The translations under genes and the position numbers were made by a program. The notes beneath the pieces are model-generated. The model was given only the letters and a program-made list of their open reading frames with translations. It made no database searches and was not told the DNA's origin. Positions 29,603-41,500 of a DNA stretch of 64,000 nt are shown here, one piece after another; the first letter of the stretch is position 1, and every line of letters begins with the position of its first letter. The stretch is from Longimicrobiales bacterium (GTDB lineage: Bacteria; Gemmatimonadota; Gemmatimonadetes; Longimicrobiales; Gaopeijiaceae), in assembly GCA_965203485.1 (NCBI GenBank), contig OZ241892.1, positions 1,952,001 through 2,016,000 of the forward strand. Reading direction: 5' to 3'.

Positions 29603-31858
29603 CTAGAACCGGTACGTGTAGTTCACCTTCACGGCCGCGCCCTTGGAGATCGTGGCCAGGTCCGGGTCCCGCAGCAGGCGCTCGGCCAGGTTGCGCCAGT
29701 TGTGCGTGTAGACCAGGAACACGTCGGCGCCGGGGCGGAGTATCCAGCGGCAACGGGCGAAGAGTCCCAGGATTCCGCTGTCGTTGTCGTACTGGAGCTG
29801 GTTGGTGACGCTGATCCATTGGCTGGGGTTCCATTCCGCTTCGGCTTCGTAGACGTCCGCCGTGAAGTTGCCCCCCGGGAGTTCCACGTCGTTGTGCTCG
29901 AAGTCCAGCGCAACGCTGATGCCGGGATTCGGGCGAAACGTCAAGCCCACGTTCACCTGCGCGCGCCTGCCGTTCCAGAAACCGCCGCTGCCGAAACTCG
30001 CCGAGCCGGAAACGCGGCGTCTTCCGGCCGTTCGCCCTTCCACTTCCCATTCCCAGTTGGCGTAGCGGCCCGGCAGGATGGCGACCCCGTCGCTCACCTC
30101 GAATCCGTCGTCCAGAAACTCGGCGGTCCTCGTCGCCTGCACTTCCAGGTTGTCGCCGCTCTCGAAGTCGATGCCGAAGACGTCGAACTGCCACTGCCGC
30201 TCCTCGACGACACCCGTGCCGAGCTGCGCCAGGTTCCGGAACTGCACCGAAAAGTCGAAGCGCCGGATCCAGTCGATCCCGGACGGCCGCGGCGCCCAGC
30301 CGATGCGAGGCTCGACGCGGCGAAACCCGTTGCGCTGAACGAACCCAAGCGGCGGGTCGTAGTCGTCGCCGAACTCCCGGTAGGAGAGGTGAGCCGACCA
30401 CACGTCGTTCGGAAAGTTGAAGCGGAAGCCGCGGGCCGAGAGATCGCCGAAGGTGCGAGCGACGGACGGGTCGGGATTGGAGTTCCAGACCAGGAACGCC
30501 TCCATCTCGAACCGGTTGTCGCCGAAGAACCGGCGCGTGTTGAGCTGCAAGTCCGCGCCCGCGGTGTGCCCTGCTGGGACGGCCGTTGCCCCCGTCGCGG
30601 GCGCAACGGCTCGGCGCGTGTAGATGATGCCCACCGAGGACTGCTCCCAGATCGACCGCTTCGCGCGCAGTACCGTGAAGGACTCGCGGGGCACGCGGGT
30701 CAAGACGTCCGATGCTCCGCAGGCGTGCGCGCCGGTTCCAACTTGGTAGAACCCGAGTTCGAACCGCCCCGCCTGTCCCGTGAGCCGCGTGCCGTACTGA
30801 ATCGGGATGGGCTCGCCGTCGCGCAACCCGATTCGGCGCGAGAAGAAGGGAGATGGGCCGCTACGGGGCGCGAAGGAGAAGACGCCGGAGCCTTCCAGGA
30901 AGAACGCGCGCCGCTCCGGAAAGCGTTGCGGGAAGCGCGTGAGGTTGACGCGGCGCTGGTCGCTCTCGACCTCGGCGAAGTCGGTGTTGACGCTCGCGGA
31001 GAGCCGCAAGCTCGACGTCAAGCTGTAGCTCACGTCCAGGCTGAGGTCCCTGGGGAACGTGGTCGGGTCGGCGGCGCCGGGCACGTTCCGCCAGCTGGCC
31101 ACCGCCGACGGCCGCGCCTCCAGCCCAAGTCCCTGCGACATGCCCTCGAGGCCCGTGAGCCGCCCGGCGTAGACGGGACGCGTGAGCCCCTCGTTGCGCC
31201 GGTGCCCGCGCCACAGCACTTCTTCGTTTCGGCGCCGGATCGTGCGCTGGAAGTTTATGCCCCAAGTGTCGAGCTCGGGATTGAAGTTGAGGGTCCGGAA
31301 CGGAATTCGAATCTCTGCCGACCAGCCGTCGGCGCGGCGCGCGGTGCGGGCCTCCCAGATGCCGTCCCACGCCTTCCCGACGCCGAACCCGCCCCCGCCG
31401 CCGCCCCCGGAAATGATGCCGTCGCCCATGAGGCCGGCGGGGTTGATCTCGAAGAAGTAGCCCGTGCGCCCGTCCAGGAAGGTGTCGAGGATCCACATGA
31501 AGCGGTCGTCGGTTCCGAGTCCCGCGTCGCGCTGGCGCTGATAGGCCAGAATGCCGCCGGGATCGTCGTAGAAGATGGCGCCGATGTACAAGTTGTCCTC
31601 GTCGAACACGACCCGAATCTCCGTACGCTCGGAAGGGGGCGCGCCTTCGACGGGCTCCTGCTGCACGAAGTCGTCGACGGGGACCGCCCGGCGCCATGCC
31701 GCTTCGGCTATGTCTCCGTCCAGGTCGATGCGCTCGCCCCCGGCCAGCGGAAGCGCCGACACGGGCGGGGCCGAGGACGGGGCGCCGGACTGCCCTGCGG
31801 CGCGGGCCGACGGCAGGCATGCGGCCAGGGCCAGCGCGACGCCCGCTCCCAAGGCCAC
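29603..31858 (-). CDS. CBM9-like/DUF5916 outer-membrane protein (paralog 1)
   Basis: LDG...E..W, F.Q.EP.EG, W.AE.RIPF.TL.F, NTDFAEVE.D...VNLTRF...FPE.R.FFLEG, FFSRRIG, terminal Phe (YTYRF). Start uncertain. Confidence 0.82.
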   Translation of the reverse strand: MALGAGVALALAACLPSARAAGQSGAPSSAPPVSALPLAGGERIDLDGDIAEAAWRRAVPVDDFVQQEPVEGAPPSERTEIRVVFDEDNLYIGAIFYDDPGGILAYQRQRDAGLGTDDRFMWILDTFLDGRTGYFFEINPAGLMGDGIISGGGGGGGFGVGKAWDGIWEARTARRADGWSAEIRIPFRTLNFNPELDTWGINFQRTIRRRNEEVLWRGHRRNEGLTRPVYAGRLTGLEGMSQGLGLEARPSAVASWRNVPGAADPTTFPRDLSLDVSYSLTSSLRLSASVNTDFAEVESDQRRVNLTRFPQRFPERRAFFLEGSGVFSFAPRSGPSPFFSRRIGLRDGEPIPIQYGTRLTGQAGRFELGFYQVGTGAHACGASDVLTRVPRESFTVLRAKRSIWEQSSVGIIYTRRAVAPATGATAVPAGHTAGADLQLNTRRFFGDNRFEMEAFLVWNSNPDPSVARTFGDLSARGFRFNFPNDVWSAHLSYREFGDDYDPPLGFVQRNGFRRVEPRIGWAPRPSGIDWIRRFDFSVQFRNLAQLGTGVVEERQWQFDVFGIDFESGDNLEVQATRTAEFLDDGFEVSDGVAILPGRYANWEWEVEGRTAGRRRVSGSASFGSGGFWNGRRAQVNVGLTFRPNPGISVALDFEHNDVELPGGNFTADVYEAEAEWNPSQWISVTNQLQYDNDSGILGLFARCRWILRPGADVFLVYTHNWRNLAERLLRDPDLATISKGAAVKVNYTYRF

Positions 31859-31989
31859 GACGGCATGGCCGCCCCGGGCGCTCCGCGAGCCCCGGGCACG
31901 GCCGGGCGCCGCGCGAATTCGAGACGGCGCCCGCCGGGGCGCGCCCGGCCGCCCCCTGCGCCCCGCACGCAGCAGGCGGGACCGGGAAG

Positions 31990-32268
31990 CTACTGGGCCG
32001 CAACCCTCAAGAAGCGTCGGCAAAGCTGCGCCACCCGCGCCGAGCCCTCGGCTTCGGCGCGCTTCAAGATGGCCTCCACGCGCGGAGCCAGCAGCGGCTC
32101 GCCCCATCGGCAGCCGGTGGCCAGTTCCGCGCCCCTCGTGTCGGCCTGGTCCGCACCTGCGATCAGCGCCCATGCGCGCGCCTCGTCGAAGCCGGGCGAC
32201 CCGGGCTCCGGCAACCGGTACTGGGGAAGCCGTTCTTCGCGGTCCTCTTTGACGAACGCCCTGGACAT
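31990..32268 (-). CDS. Small hypothetical protein (N-terminus MSRAFVKE resembles GreA/GreB-like proteins)
   Basis: 92-aa ORF with ATG at 32268, downstream of pilC on the same strand. Confidence 0.55.
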   Translation of the reverse strand: MSRAFVKEDREERLPQYRLPEPGSPGFDEARAWALIAGADQADTRGAELATGCRWGEPLLAPRVEAILKRAEAEGSARVAQLCRRFLRVAAQ

Positions 32269-32324
32269 GGCTTGCAATGTCGTTGCAGGCCGCCCGCGGC
32301 GCAAAGACCGCGAGCGCCGCCGCG

Positions 32325-33491
32325 TCATCCCACGGCGCCGATCATGTCGAAGATCGGCAGATACATGGACACGACGACGCTGCCGATGCCGATGCCCAGA
32401 ATCACGATCATGGCGGGCTCGGCGGCCGCCATCAGCGCGTCGGCCGCCGCCGCCGTCTCCTGTTCGTAGAAGTCGGCGACGCGGGACAGCATCTCGTCGA
32501 GAGCGCCGGCGCGCTCCCCCGCGTCCACCATCTGCACCACCAGCGCCGGGAACACTCCCGACTGCCTCAAGGGGCCGGCAATCGTGTCCCCCGCCGCGAT
32601 CGACGCCCGAGACCGCGCGACCGCGTCCTCGACGACTCGGTTGCCGGCCGTCTTCGCCGTGATGTCGAGCGCATCGAGGATCGACACGCCCGACGCCAGG
32701 AGCGTCGCGAGCGTGTGCGCGAAGCGCGACACCGCGGCCTTGCGCATCAACTCTCCGACCAGCGGCGTCCGCAAGAGCGCGCGGTCGAGCGCCAAGCGGC
32801 CGGCGGCCGTTCGCCGCGCCCGCCCGCCCGCCAGGACGAGAGCCGCGGCGAGAAGCGCGAGGCCCCACCACCAGCGCTGCACCGCGTGCGACGCTTCGAT
32901 CACCAGCCGCGTCGGCAACGGCAGGGCGACGCCGGACGAGGCGAACATGTCCTCGAACGCGGGCACGACGAACACGAGCATGACCGCAATCGCCGGAACC
33001 GAGACGGCTACAATGGCCACCGGGTACACTAGGGCTCCCCGCATCTTCCGCAGCAGGGCCTCGCTGCGCTCCTGGTAGGCGGCAAGCCGGGCCAGGATCG
33101 CGTCCAGCGCCCCGCTGGCCTCGCCCGCCGCCACCATGTTGGCGTACAGCGGCGGGAAGATGCGGGAATGGCGCCGCATCGCCTCGGCCAAGGCGTCGCC
33201 GGACCTCACGCGGCGAACAGTGTCCGCCAGCGCCAAGCGGAGCCGTTCGCTGGGAGTCTGGGCGGCCAGCAGCTCCAGGCTGCGCACCAGCGGCAGTCCC
33301 GCGCGCACCAGCGTGGCGAGCAACCGCGTGAAGAGCGCCAATTCGCGGGCTGGCACACCGCGCCGGAGCGAGGCGCGACCCGAACGCTGGCACCGGCCCA
33401 GGCGCAACGGAGCCGGCGGAGCGCCCTGCCGGTTGCCAGCGCGCGCCGACGGCGGCGGGCCGGTCGGCCAGGCCGAAGGCGGGCCGCTCAC
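32325..33491 (-). CDS. pilC: Type IV pilus platform protein PilC (T2SS F family)
   Basis: LALFTR.LATLV.AGLPL, AGEASG.LD.IL.RLA, YP, VVP.F, GE..G.LD.ML, EP, MYLPIF. GTGA overlap with pilT. Confidence 0.92.
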   Translation of the reverse strand: MSGPPSAWPTGPPPSARAGNRQGAPPAPLRLGRCQRSGRASLRRGVPARELALFTRLLATLVRAGLPLVRSLELLAAQTPSERLRLALADTVRRVRSGDALAEAMRRHSRIFPPLYANMVAAGEASGALDAILARLAAYQERSEALLRKMRGALVYPVAIVAVSVPAIAVMLVFVVPAFEDMFASSGVALPLPTRLVIEASHAVQRWWWGLALLAAALVLAGGRARRTAAGRLALDRALLRTPLVGELMRKAAVSRFAHTLATLLASGVSILDALDITAKTAGNRVVEDAVARSRASIAAGDTIAGPLRQSGVFPALVVQMVDAGERAGALDEMLSRVADFYEQETAAAADALMAAAEPAMIVILGIGIGSVVVSMYLPIFDMIGAVG

Positions 33492-34645
33492 ACTGCTGCC
33501 GGACCGGCGTCCGGCGGCGGGACCTCGCCCACCGCCCTTCGAAGCGCCTCGGGGTCCGAGCTGTGCCTCAACGCTTCGCCGAGCGGCACGCGACCGTTCA
33601 GATACAGTTCGGCGAGCGCGTCGTTCATCGTACGCATGCCGTGCTTGCGGCCGGCCTGGATCAGCGAGGGCAGCTGGTGGACCCTGTGGTCGCGAATCAC
33701 CGCCCGCACGGCGGGAGTGGACACCATCACTTCGGTCGCGACCGCACGGCCGGCGGAGCCCATGCCGCGAACGAGCACCTGCACGGACACGCCCTCGAGC
33801 ACCAAGGAGAGCTGCGAGCGGACCTGGGCTTGGCGGTCGCTCGCGAACGAATCGATAATCCGGTTGACGGACTCGGCCGCCGAACCCGTGTGGAGCGTCG
33901 CCAGCACCAGGTGGCCCGTTTCGGCGAAGTCGAGAGCCGCCTGCACGGTCTCGGGATCGCGCATCTCGCCAACGAGGATCACGTCCGGGTCCTGGCGCAG
34001 CGCCGACTTGATCGCCGACGCGAAGTCCCGCGTGTCCCTGCCCACTTCCCGCTGGCTGATCAGGCAACGGCGCGGCGGGTGAACGAACTCCACCGGGTCC
34101 TCGATCGTAACGATGTGGCGCCGCCGCTCGCGATTGATCTGGTCGACCATCGCCGCCAGCGTCGTCGACTTGCCGGCGCCCGCCGGACCCGCCACCAGCA
34201 CCAGGCCGCGAGGCCGATCCGCGAGCCGCCCCAGCACCGGCGGCAGTCCCAAGTCGCCCAGCCGGGGGATGCGCGACGGGATGCGCCGGATGGCCAGCGA
34301 CGCCGACTCCCGCTGGCGAAAGCAGTTGACCCGAAACCGCCCGAGTTCGTCGTCCGCGACGATCACGTCCAGCTCGCCGCCGTCGTCGAACCGGGCGCGC
34401 CGCGTTTCGCCCAGCGCCTCGTGGGCAAGCCGTTCCGTCTCCGCCGGCGAGAGCAGGCGGCCGTCGCCGACGTCCACCAGGGCTCCGTGAACGCGCGCCT
34501 TGGGCCGATGACCGGCCGCCAGATGCAGGTCGGACGCGCCGCTGGCGACCATCTCGCCGAGCAACGCGGCAAGTCCGCGACGGCCCGGCCCACCGGTTCG
34601 CCAATCGCGGGCCGGACCCGCCGACGCGGTACGCCCGCGCGTCAT
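33488..34645 (-). CDS. pilT: Type IV pilus retraction ATPase PilT
   Basis: ASDLHL, RFRVN.F.Q, GPAGAGKSTTL, TIEDPVE, ALRQDPDVILVGEMRD, AETGHLV.ATLHT. Confidence 0.93.
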   Translation of the reverse strand: MTRGRTASAGPARDWRTGGPGRRGLAALLGEMVASGASDLHLAAGHRPKARVHGALVDVGDGRLLSPAETERLAHEALGETRRARFDDGGELDVIVADDELGRFRVNCFRQRESASLAIRRIPSRIPRLGDLGLPPVLGRLADRPRGLVLVAGPAGAGKSTTLAAMVDQINRERRRHIVTIEDPVEFVHPPRRCLISQREVGRDTRDFASAIKSALRQDPDVILVGEMRDPETVQAALDFAETGHLVLATLHTGSAAESVNRIIDSFASDRQAQVRSQLSLVLEGVSVQVLVRGMGSAGRAVATEVMVSTPAVRAVIRDHRVHQLPSLIQAGRKHGMRTMNDALAELYLNGRVPLGEALRHSSDPEALRRAVGEVPPPDAGPAAV

Positions 34646-35364
34646 TCGCGAACCGTCACCAACGCGGCAATCCGGGCGAAGGTCTTGGGACCTATCCCCC
34701 GCACGCGCATCAAGTCCTCCGAGCGCTCGAAGCGTCCATCCGCGTCCCGAGAGGCGACGATGCGGCCCGCCGTCACCGGCCCGATGCCGGGCAACGAGGC
34801 CAACTCCGCCAATCCGGCCCGGTTCACGTTCACCGGCCGGGCCGCCGAAGGACCGCCTGCCGTCCGCGCCGCGCCGCCGCCAACCTCCCGCCGAAGGCCC
34901 GCGCCCGCCGGCGCGCCGCCCCCGCCCGAGTTCGCCCGCGTTCGCGCCGGCCTCGCGCGGACGGCGGCGGCGCGCACGTCCAGGAAGGACCGCATCCGCT
35001 CGACGGCGGCCGGGCCGATTCCCCGCACCCGCGCCAAGTCGGCGGCGCTCGCGAACGGACCGGCGCTTTCCCGTTCGTCCACGATGCGGGCCGCCGTGGC
35101 CGGCCCCACGCCCGGGAGCCGGTCGAGTTCCTCCTCGCCGGCCGAATTGGGGTCGATCCGTTCCCCCGGCTCCAAGGGCCGGCTCCTCCGCGCCTTGTCC
35201 TCGGCGACCGAATCGCCCGCCGCGAGAAGGCTGTCGGCGATGGAAGGGCGGCCCTCCAGCGGCACCGGGGCCGGCCCGGCCTCGGCGAACAGGAAGCGGA
35301 CCAGCGCGGCCCCGCACAGCAGCAGCGCCGCCGTCATCATGCTCTTTCGTTCTCGGTCGCCCAC
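34642..35364 (-). CDS. comEA: ComEA-family DNA-binding protein with two HhH modules
   Basis: N-terminal TM helix; IDPN.A..EEL..LPGVGPATA.RIV..RE..GPF....DL.RVRGIGP occurs twice. ATGA overlap with pilT. Confidence 0.9.
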   Translation of the reverse strand: MGDRERKSMMTAALLLCGAALVRFLFAEAGPAPVPLEGRPSIADSLLAAGDSVAEDKARRSRPLEPGERIDPNSAGEEELDRLPGVGPATAARIVDERESAGPFASAADLARVRGIGPAAVERMRSFLDVRAAAVRARPARTRANSGGGGAPAGAGLRREVGGGAARTAGGPSAARPVNVNRAGLAELASLPGIGPVTAGRIVASRDADGRFERSEDLMRVRGIGPKTFARIAALVTVRE

Positions 35365-35517
35365 GCCGCTGTCCCGGTTGCATGCGCCGTCGCTGGACTC
35401 TCCTTCGCGCGGCCCGGCGCCTTCGTCCGCGCTCCATGCAACACGATGGCCCAAGAGGCGGGACGATGGGATGGCGGAACGGGACGGCGGGCGGGGCGAA
35501 GCCGGCGGCCGTGGGAG

Positions 35518-38500
35518 TCAGCTTCGGCCCGGCAGGATCGCGGGCGTCAGCGCGAAGCGTCCGTAGACGTGAAGCTGGAAGCGCGTCGTGCTCGCCCGCT
35601 GCCCCACGAACGAGCGGCGGTCGGCGTAGCGAAGGCGGATGCCCAGCTCGAAGTCGCGAACCGAAGAATCCACCGAAAGCGAAGCGGTGCGGTCGAGATG
35701 GTCGATGAAGGGAACGCACAGGTTCCCAGGCGAAGCCACGCGGCACTCCGTCTCGCCGGCGTAGGCGACGCTCAGGGTCAGCAGCAACGGGGCGCCCCGC
35801 ATTCTGAACAGCCTCATCGGCGAGCGCAGGGGCACGGAGGCTGCGACCGAGTGCGCGGTCGCCCGGCGCCGCGTGTCGCCGGTGGGATCCGCGCTTTCGC
35901 CGCGGTTGGTGCGCCCTCGGTAGACGAAGGCGAGTCCTCCTGCGAAACGCAACGTCGCCGCGACGGGCACTTCTCGGTCCTCGCGCCAGCGATCCTGCCG
36001 GCTCCCCGCGCCGAACGTCCGCATTCGCACTTCGCGCCGGTACCCCCCGCTGGCCGAGACGCGCCGCAGGAACGCCGCCAGGAACCCGGGCGCCGGGAGA
36101 TCGGCGACGGTGGCGCGCACGTCGGGCCAGACGCGCCGCAAGACGTCGCGGTCGGAACGGGCGTCCAGGGTCTGGTGCAGGGAGCGGTCGTAGCCCAAGC
36201 CCACGGACACCGATCCGGGCAGCCGCGCGCCGCCCCGGAGGTTGATTCGCCGCCGCTGACTGAAGACGGAGGCGGAGTCGGGACCGATTCTGAGGAAGTC
36301 CTCGCGGCGGCCCCATCCCAGCTGGTAGGCGGCGCCCGGCTCGACGGCGCCGCGGTTGAAGCGCGAGCTGAATCCGTTCGCGTACGTGAAGGCCAGCGGC
36401 TCGACGGCGCCGAGCAACGTGGCCAAGGGACCGCCCTCGACCCGCTCGGCGGCCAACCGGGCAGGTTCGATCGATACCGACGCCGAAAGGTCCCGCCGCC
36501 CCCCCGCGTTGCGCAGCAGGCCCGAGGGCTGGATGCTCCCGCCGCGTTCCTCGACCAAGTCGGAGTTGCGCTCGGACACGTAGAGGGTCGTGACCTGCAT
36601 GCTCGTGCGCGCCCAGTCGGAGAGCCGCGGGAGAAACAGGAGGCGCGTCCGCAACCGGCGGGCGACCTCCCAGCCGAAGTCCACGCTGGCCAGCCGGGTC
36701 CGCTCCGCGGCAAGCAGATCGCGGGTCTCCTCGCCGACGGCGAGCTGCGCGGGATCCAGCAGGTCGCGCCCCGTGGTCAGATCGGCCTCGGCCGACAACG
36801 ACTCGAAGGGTCGCAGGCCGATGCTGGCGGTTCCCGCGAACGTCTTGCGGGGCGCGTGGGCTACCGTCGCGAGCGAGTCCTCCGGCCCGCGAATCGCCCG
36901 GCCGAAGCGGCGCGTCTCGATATCCTCGCGGGCGACTTCGGCGTCGAACCGGAGCCGCTCGGGGCTCCACCGCAACCGCGCTCCCGCGACCCGGTCCTCG
37001 AGAAAGGCGGGGAGGACCGCCCGCAACGCGTCGCCCACCCTCCCCGGAAAGAGCGGAAAGTCCCTGCGGCCCGGAGCAACCGCGTAGCCGAGAAAGCCGT
37101 CGACGCCCTGGCTGGCGCTCTCGGTGGTGGCGGTCCGAAACGACGAGCGCACCACGCCGGCCCGCAGATCGAGACCGTTGGCCACCGCGTGCCAAACGCC
37201 GTCGCGCGGCGTCGCGGAGCGCCGAACGGAAACGTCGGCCCGCACTCGTCCGAAGCCGGGGCGGCGGAGTCCGTCCAGCCGGTCGGCCCGCACGTCGCTG
37301 CGCTCCAAGAAGATCGGCGCCCGGCGGTCGCGTTCGTAGGTGACGGTCAGCGGCGCCTCGATCGCCCATGCGTCGGGCGCCAAACGGCCCATCTGAAGCG
37401 ACGCGCGCAGATCAAGGGCTCTCTCGTCCTGAAACGACGGCGCGTCGCGCAACTGGCGGAAGAATCCCCCGCGGGTGCGGAGCGAGACCCGCGACTGCAG
37501 GAAGCCGCCTCCGTCGAGAGAAGCGTCGAAGGCGGACGCGAAACCCGCGTCGCGCACGCCGCCGTCGATCCGCAGCTCGTCCACCCAGATCTCGCCCGAG
37601 ATCGGCGCGCCGGTCTCGTTGAGCACGCCGACGCTCATCTCCCGCACCGCAGCCAAGTTGGGCGCCCGGCCCCGGTCGCGCATCACCACCGCGTAGGCCG
37701 AGTCGGCCGACCACGCCACGAGCGGAGCCGATCCCGGCCGGCGCGGCTCGCGCGCGAGGCGCTCCTCGGCGATGCGTCGCAGGTCGAGCCACTCGTCGAA
37801 GGCGACCACGACTTCCGGCAGCCAGTCCTCTTCGCGAACCCGTCCCGGAGCGGCCGCGGGATCGAGGCGCGTCCGGTACAGGTAGAAGTTCTCCGCGTCC
37901 GTGCCCATCTTGACGAAGAAGTAGGCGGACGACAGACGCCCTAGGCCGTCGCCGCGGGGCGCCACGACCCATAGCCGCGCTTCGCGGTACGGCCGGAAGT
38001 CGCGAGGGCGTTGCGGGAAGCGGTTGTAGACCTCCGCCCTGTCGCCCGGCTGCAAGTCCTCGAACGCCACCGAGAGCGACCTCTCGTTGAACTCGACGCC
38101 CTGTCCGCCGAACGCGGCCGTGGGGTCGTCGAGCTGCTCCACGACGCCGGGCGGCGAGACGTAGGCGTCCCCTGCGGTCAGCGCCGAGACGGGACCCACG
38201 TCGATCCGGCCCCGGGCCGCCACCGTGTCGCCGCCCAGTCCCGTGAGGACGCCCGACTGAGACCGCTTGATCCAAGTCGAGCCCACGATGCCGAAGCGCG
38301 TCAGGACGAACGAATCGCGCCGCTTCCCCGTCACCGCAACGCGAACGTGCCGCACCGCCCGCAACTCGGCCTCTCCGACGGGGCCGCCCACGTCGACGGC
38401 CGCCGGGTCGCGCAACGGAACGCGGTAGAGACGAAAGCGCGTGCCGGTCTCCGCGCGGTCGCGCACCAAGAAGGGCGACGAGCCGTCGAGCGGGATCACG

Positions 38501-41500
38501 AAGCGGCGGTAGCGCTCGGCCGTGTCCAGCACGCCGTCCTCGTCGAGGTCCTCGGAGTCCGGGCGGCCGTTTCCGCGCGTGCAGTTGGCGTCCGGGTCGC
38601 CGAGCCGGTACACCCTGCCGCGCTCCTGAAGGCATTCCTCGTTCCACACGCCCCGAGCGTCCGCCAGGTCGCCCCACACTTCGCCTCGGCGCGGATCGGC
38701 CTCCTGGTCCAGCCGTCCGGCGCCCCACGGCACGCCCGAGCCCCGCTTCGTCCCGCTCACGGCCCCGCCCGCGTCCACGAAGAAGGCGTCCTCGCTCACC
38801 ACCCCGACATCGAGCACCAGCGTCAGGAACTCGCCGTCACGGGCGTAGAACTCGATCAGATCGCTCTTCGTGAGGTCCGCCCCCGCGACGTTGAGCACCG
38901 TGGTGATCGACGACCACGCGTTCGCCTCCCCGAGGTCGCCATCGCGCGGGTCGAAGCGCAAGAAGAGGCCCGGCTCGCGCACGGCGCTGCCCGTGATCCG
39001 GATCTGCTGGTCGATGTCGGCGGCGGGGCTGAAGCCGCGAAACACCCCCAAGCTGTCGCCCGCGGCGTCCTCCACGATCCATTGATGCTGCCAGGAGAGC
39101 GTGGCCAGGGTGGCCTCCGACAGGTCGGCCGGAAACACGTGCTCGGCGCCGTCGCGGAAGGCGGGACGGCTGCCAAGACGCCAGTCGTGGCTCTGCACGG
39201 ACAACCGCCGGGCCTCCAGGCCGTCGTAGTCGTCCAGGTAGGCGGCACCCTGCGTGTTCGGGTTCGGCAACGAGACCAGGGCCTCGCCCGACAGTCGCAC
39301 CGACGCGCGTTCGCCGTCCCGAAGCCCCCCGATCGCGGCGAGCGCGCGGCCGACGCCGGGAGCGTCGAGGCCGACCGTCGCGGCCGCCCCGCCAAGGCCC
39401 ACCGAGCGCGCCTCCACGCCGAGCTGCGGCCGGCGCACCAGCTCCCCCTCGGCCTGATGGAGGCCGAACAGGTTGAGACTTCCGTAGTCGCCCAGGTCGT
39501 AACGCGCGCTCGCGCCCAACACGGACGCCGGCGCGACCTGGAAGAAGCTCCGCTGCTCCCAGGAGACTTCGAGCGTCCGCGCGGGATTGCCCGCGAGCAG
39601 CCTGGCCGGGTCCGTCAGCTGGAGTTGGCCCAGGTCGTAGTCGATCGCGTAGTCGGCGCCGCGCTCGAGGAGCTGGTCGCCCAGGGCGATGGTCTCGGTT
39701 CCCGGCCGGATGCCCACCGCCTGCAGGTCGAAGGACGAGACGACGTCCGAGCCCCGCACTTCGTAGGCGAAGGAGAGACGAAAAATGCCGCCGTTCCTGC
39801 GTTCGAAGGGATCGGCCGCGCGGTAGATGCGCGTGTTGCGGTTCGCGCCCAGCATGGCCCGGGCCTCGTCGGCCCCCAGCGAGAGACTGGCGACCGGGGC
39901 GGGGTCGGAAAAGGGTTCGAGCGAGGGGAAGACGACGTACGTCCCCTGCACCGGGGGCAGGTCGTCGAACGAATCCAGGGCGGGCCGGTACATCTGCGAC
40001 TCGTCCAGCCGGTCGGCGGGAGCGTCTTCGTCCATCCCGAGCAGCCGCAGGTACGTGACGTCGTCGCCGTTGGGACGCCGGGCGAAGGTGCGGCCCGCGC
40101 TCTCCTCGCCCAGCGAAATCACTAGGTCGACCGAGCCGGGAGCCACGTCGTTGGACGACGACACGCGGTAGACCTGGTGCATCTCCATGCGCCACGTCGG
40201 CCGCCCCGGCTGGTGCAGCGCCTGGGACGCCTTGAGCAGCTGGAGCCGAGGCAGACCTCCGGCGCGGTAGACTCGCTCCGGGTTGTAGGCGCCCACGGTG
40301 TCGCCCGCCGCGGTGACGTAGCTGACGGCCAGCATCTCGTCCGGACCAAGCGGGGCGCGCAAGGCGATCCACAGGCCGCTCGGGTGCACGACGTAGTCCT
40401 GGCCGGGCTGGAGGTAGCGGAACCAGGCCGACTCGCGCACCGTGTCGGCGCCGAGCGACGCGGCGGCCTCCGCCTGGATGTACCCCTCCACCTGCTGCTG
40501 GGCGTAGAGGTCGATCGCCGAGCGGTAGAGCTGGATGGGATGCTCGGTTCCCGGCGCGGCTGCAAGCCGGCCGCTCGACGACGGCAGGGAGAGCGCGTCC
40601 ACGTGCGGGTACTCGGCGAAGGCGGCCGGGTCGAAGAGGAAGAAGAACTGGCCGGCTGCGTAGTCGGCGTCGTCGACCGCCAGCGTGTCGCTTCGCGAAT
40701 AGGAACGGCCCGCGCTCTCCAGCTGGAACCGGCGCGAGGTGACTTCTCCGTTCTGCTGCGCCCAGACGGCCTGCATGTTGAGCCGGCCCGCCTCGGCCAC
40801 CGCGCGGAAGCCGAAGTTGCCGGCCGGCACGGCCTCGCGCAGGAAGCGCGAGGCCGGCAGCTCGAAGCCGATGTCGCCCACGTCGAGACGCTGCAGAAAC
40901 TCGCCGGGCCGGCCCCGATAGTGGATGTTGACGCGGTTCGCGCCCGCGTACTCGCGCGTCTGGTCGTAGTCCACGTCCACGCGCACCCGGTCGACGATCG
41001 TTCCGTCGGCCGTCGCCGCAAAGCGGATGTCGGAGAGGATGCGGGGCCACAGCGGCACCTCGCACGTCACCTGCACGGCCTCGTCGCACGGACGATAGCG
41101 CACCCATTCGCCGCCCAGCTCGCCGCCCCCGCGCACGGAGAACGCGAGGTCGGCGTACTCGTTGACCAGGCGGTCGGCCGCGATGCCGTCGAGCGGGCGT
41201 TCGGGGTCCTCGGCGCGGGGCACGTCGCCGAAGCCGATCGCGCGGCCCCAGGCTCCGAAGCGGAACCGTTCCTGGCGCGACCATTCCAAGGCGGGCAGGC
41301 CGGGCAGGCCCGCTTCCAAGGCGGGCGGAAGCGCGCGGAGCCTCCGCCCCGGCAACCGCGTCGCCGGAATCGCGGCGAGCCCCAGCCTCGCCACCGGAAC
41401 CGGGAGAGGACGCGGCCCCAAGAGCGGCAACCTCGTGGCGCGCAGCTGCGGAATGAGCCACAGCGCGGTGTCGCGCGCCTGCGCAGCGCTCGCCCCCGGC

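Noticed and set aside
31990..32268. greA/greB assignment
   Set aside because: Only the first residues (MSRAFVKE) resemble that family; the protein is too short and lacks the C-terminal domain.
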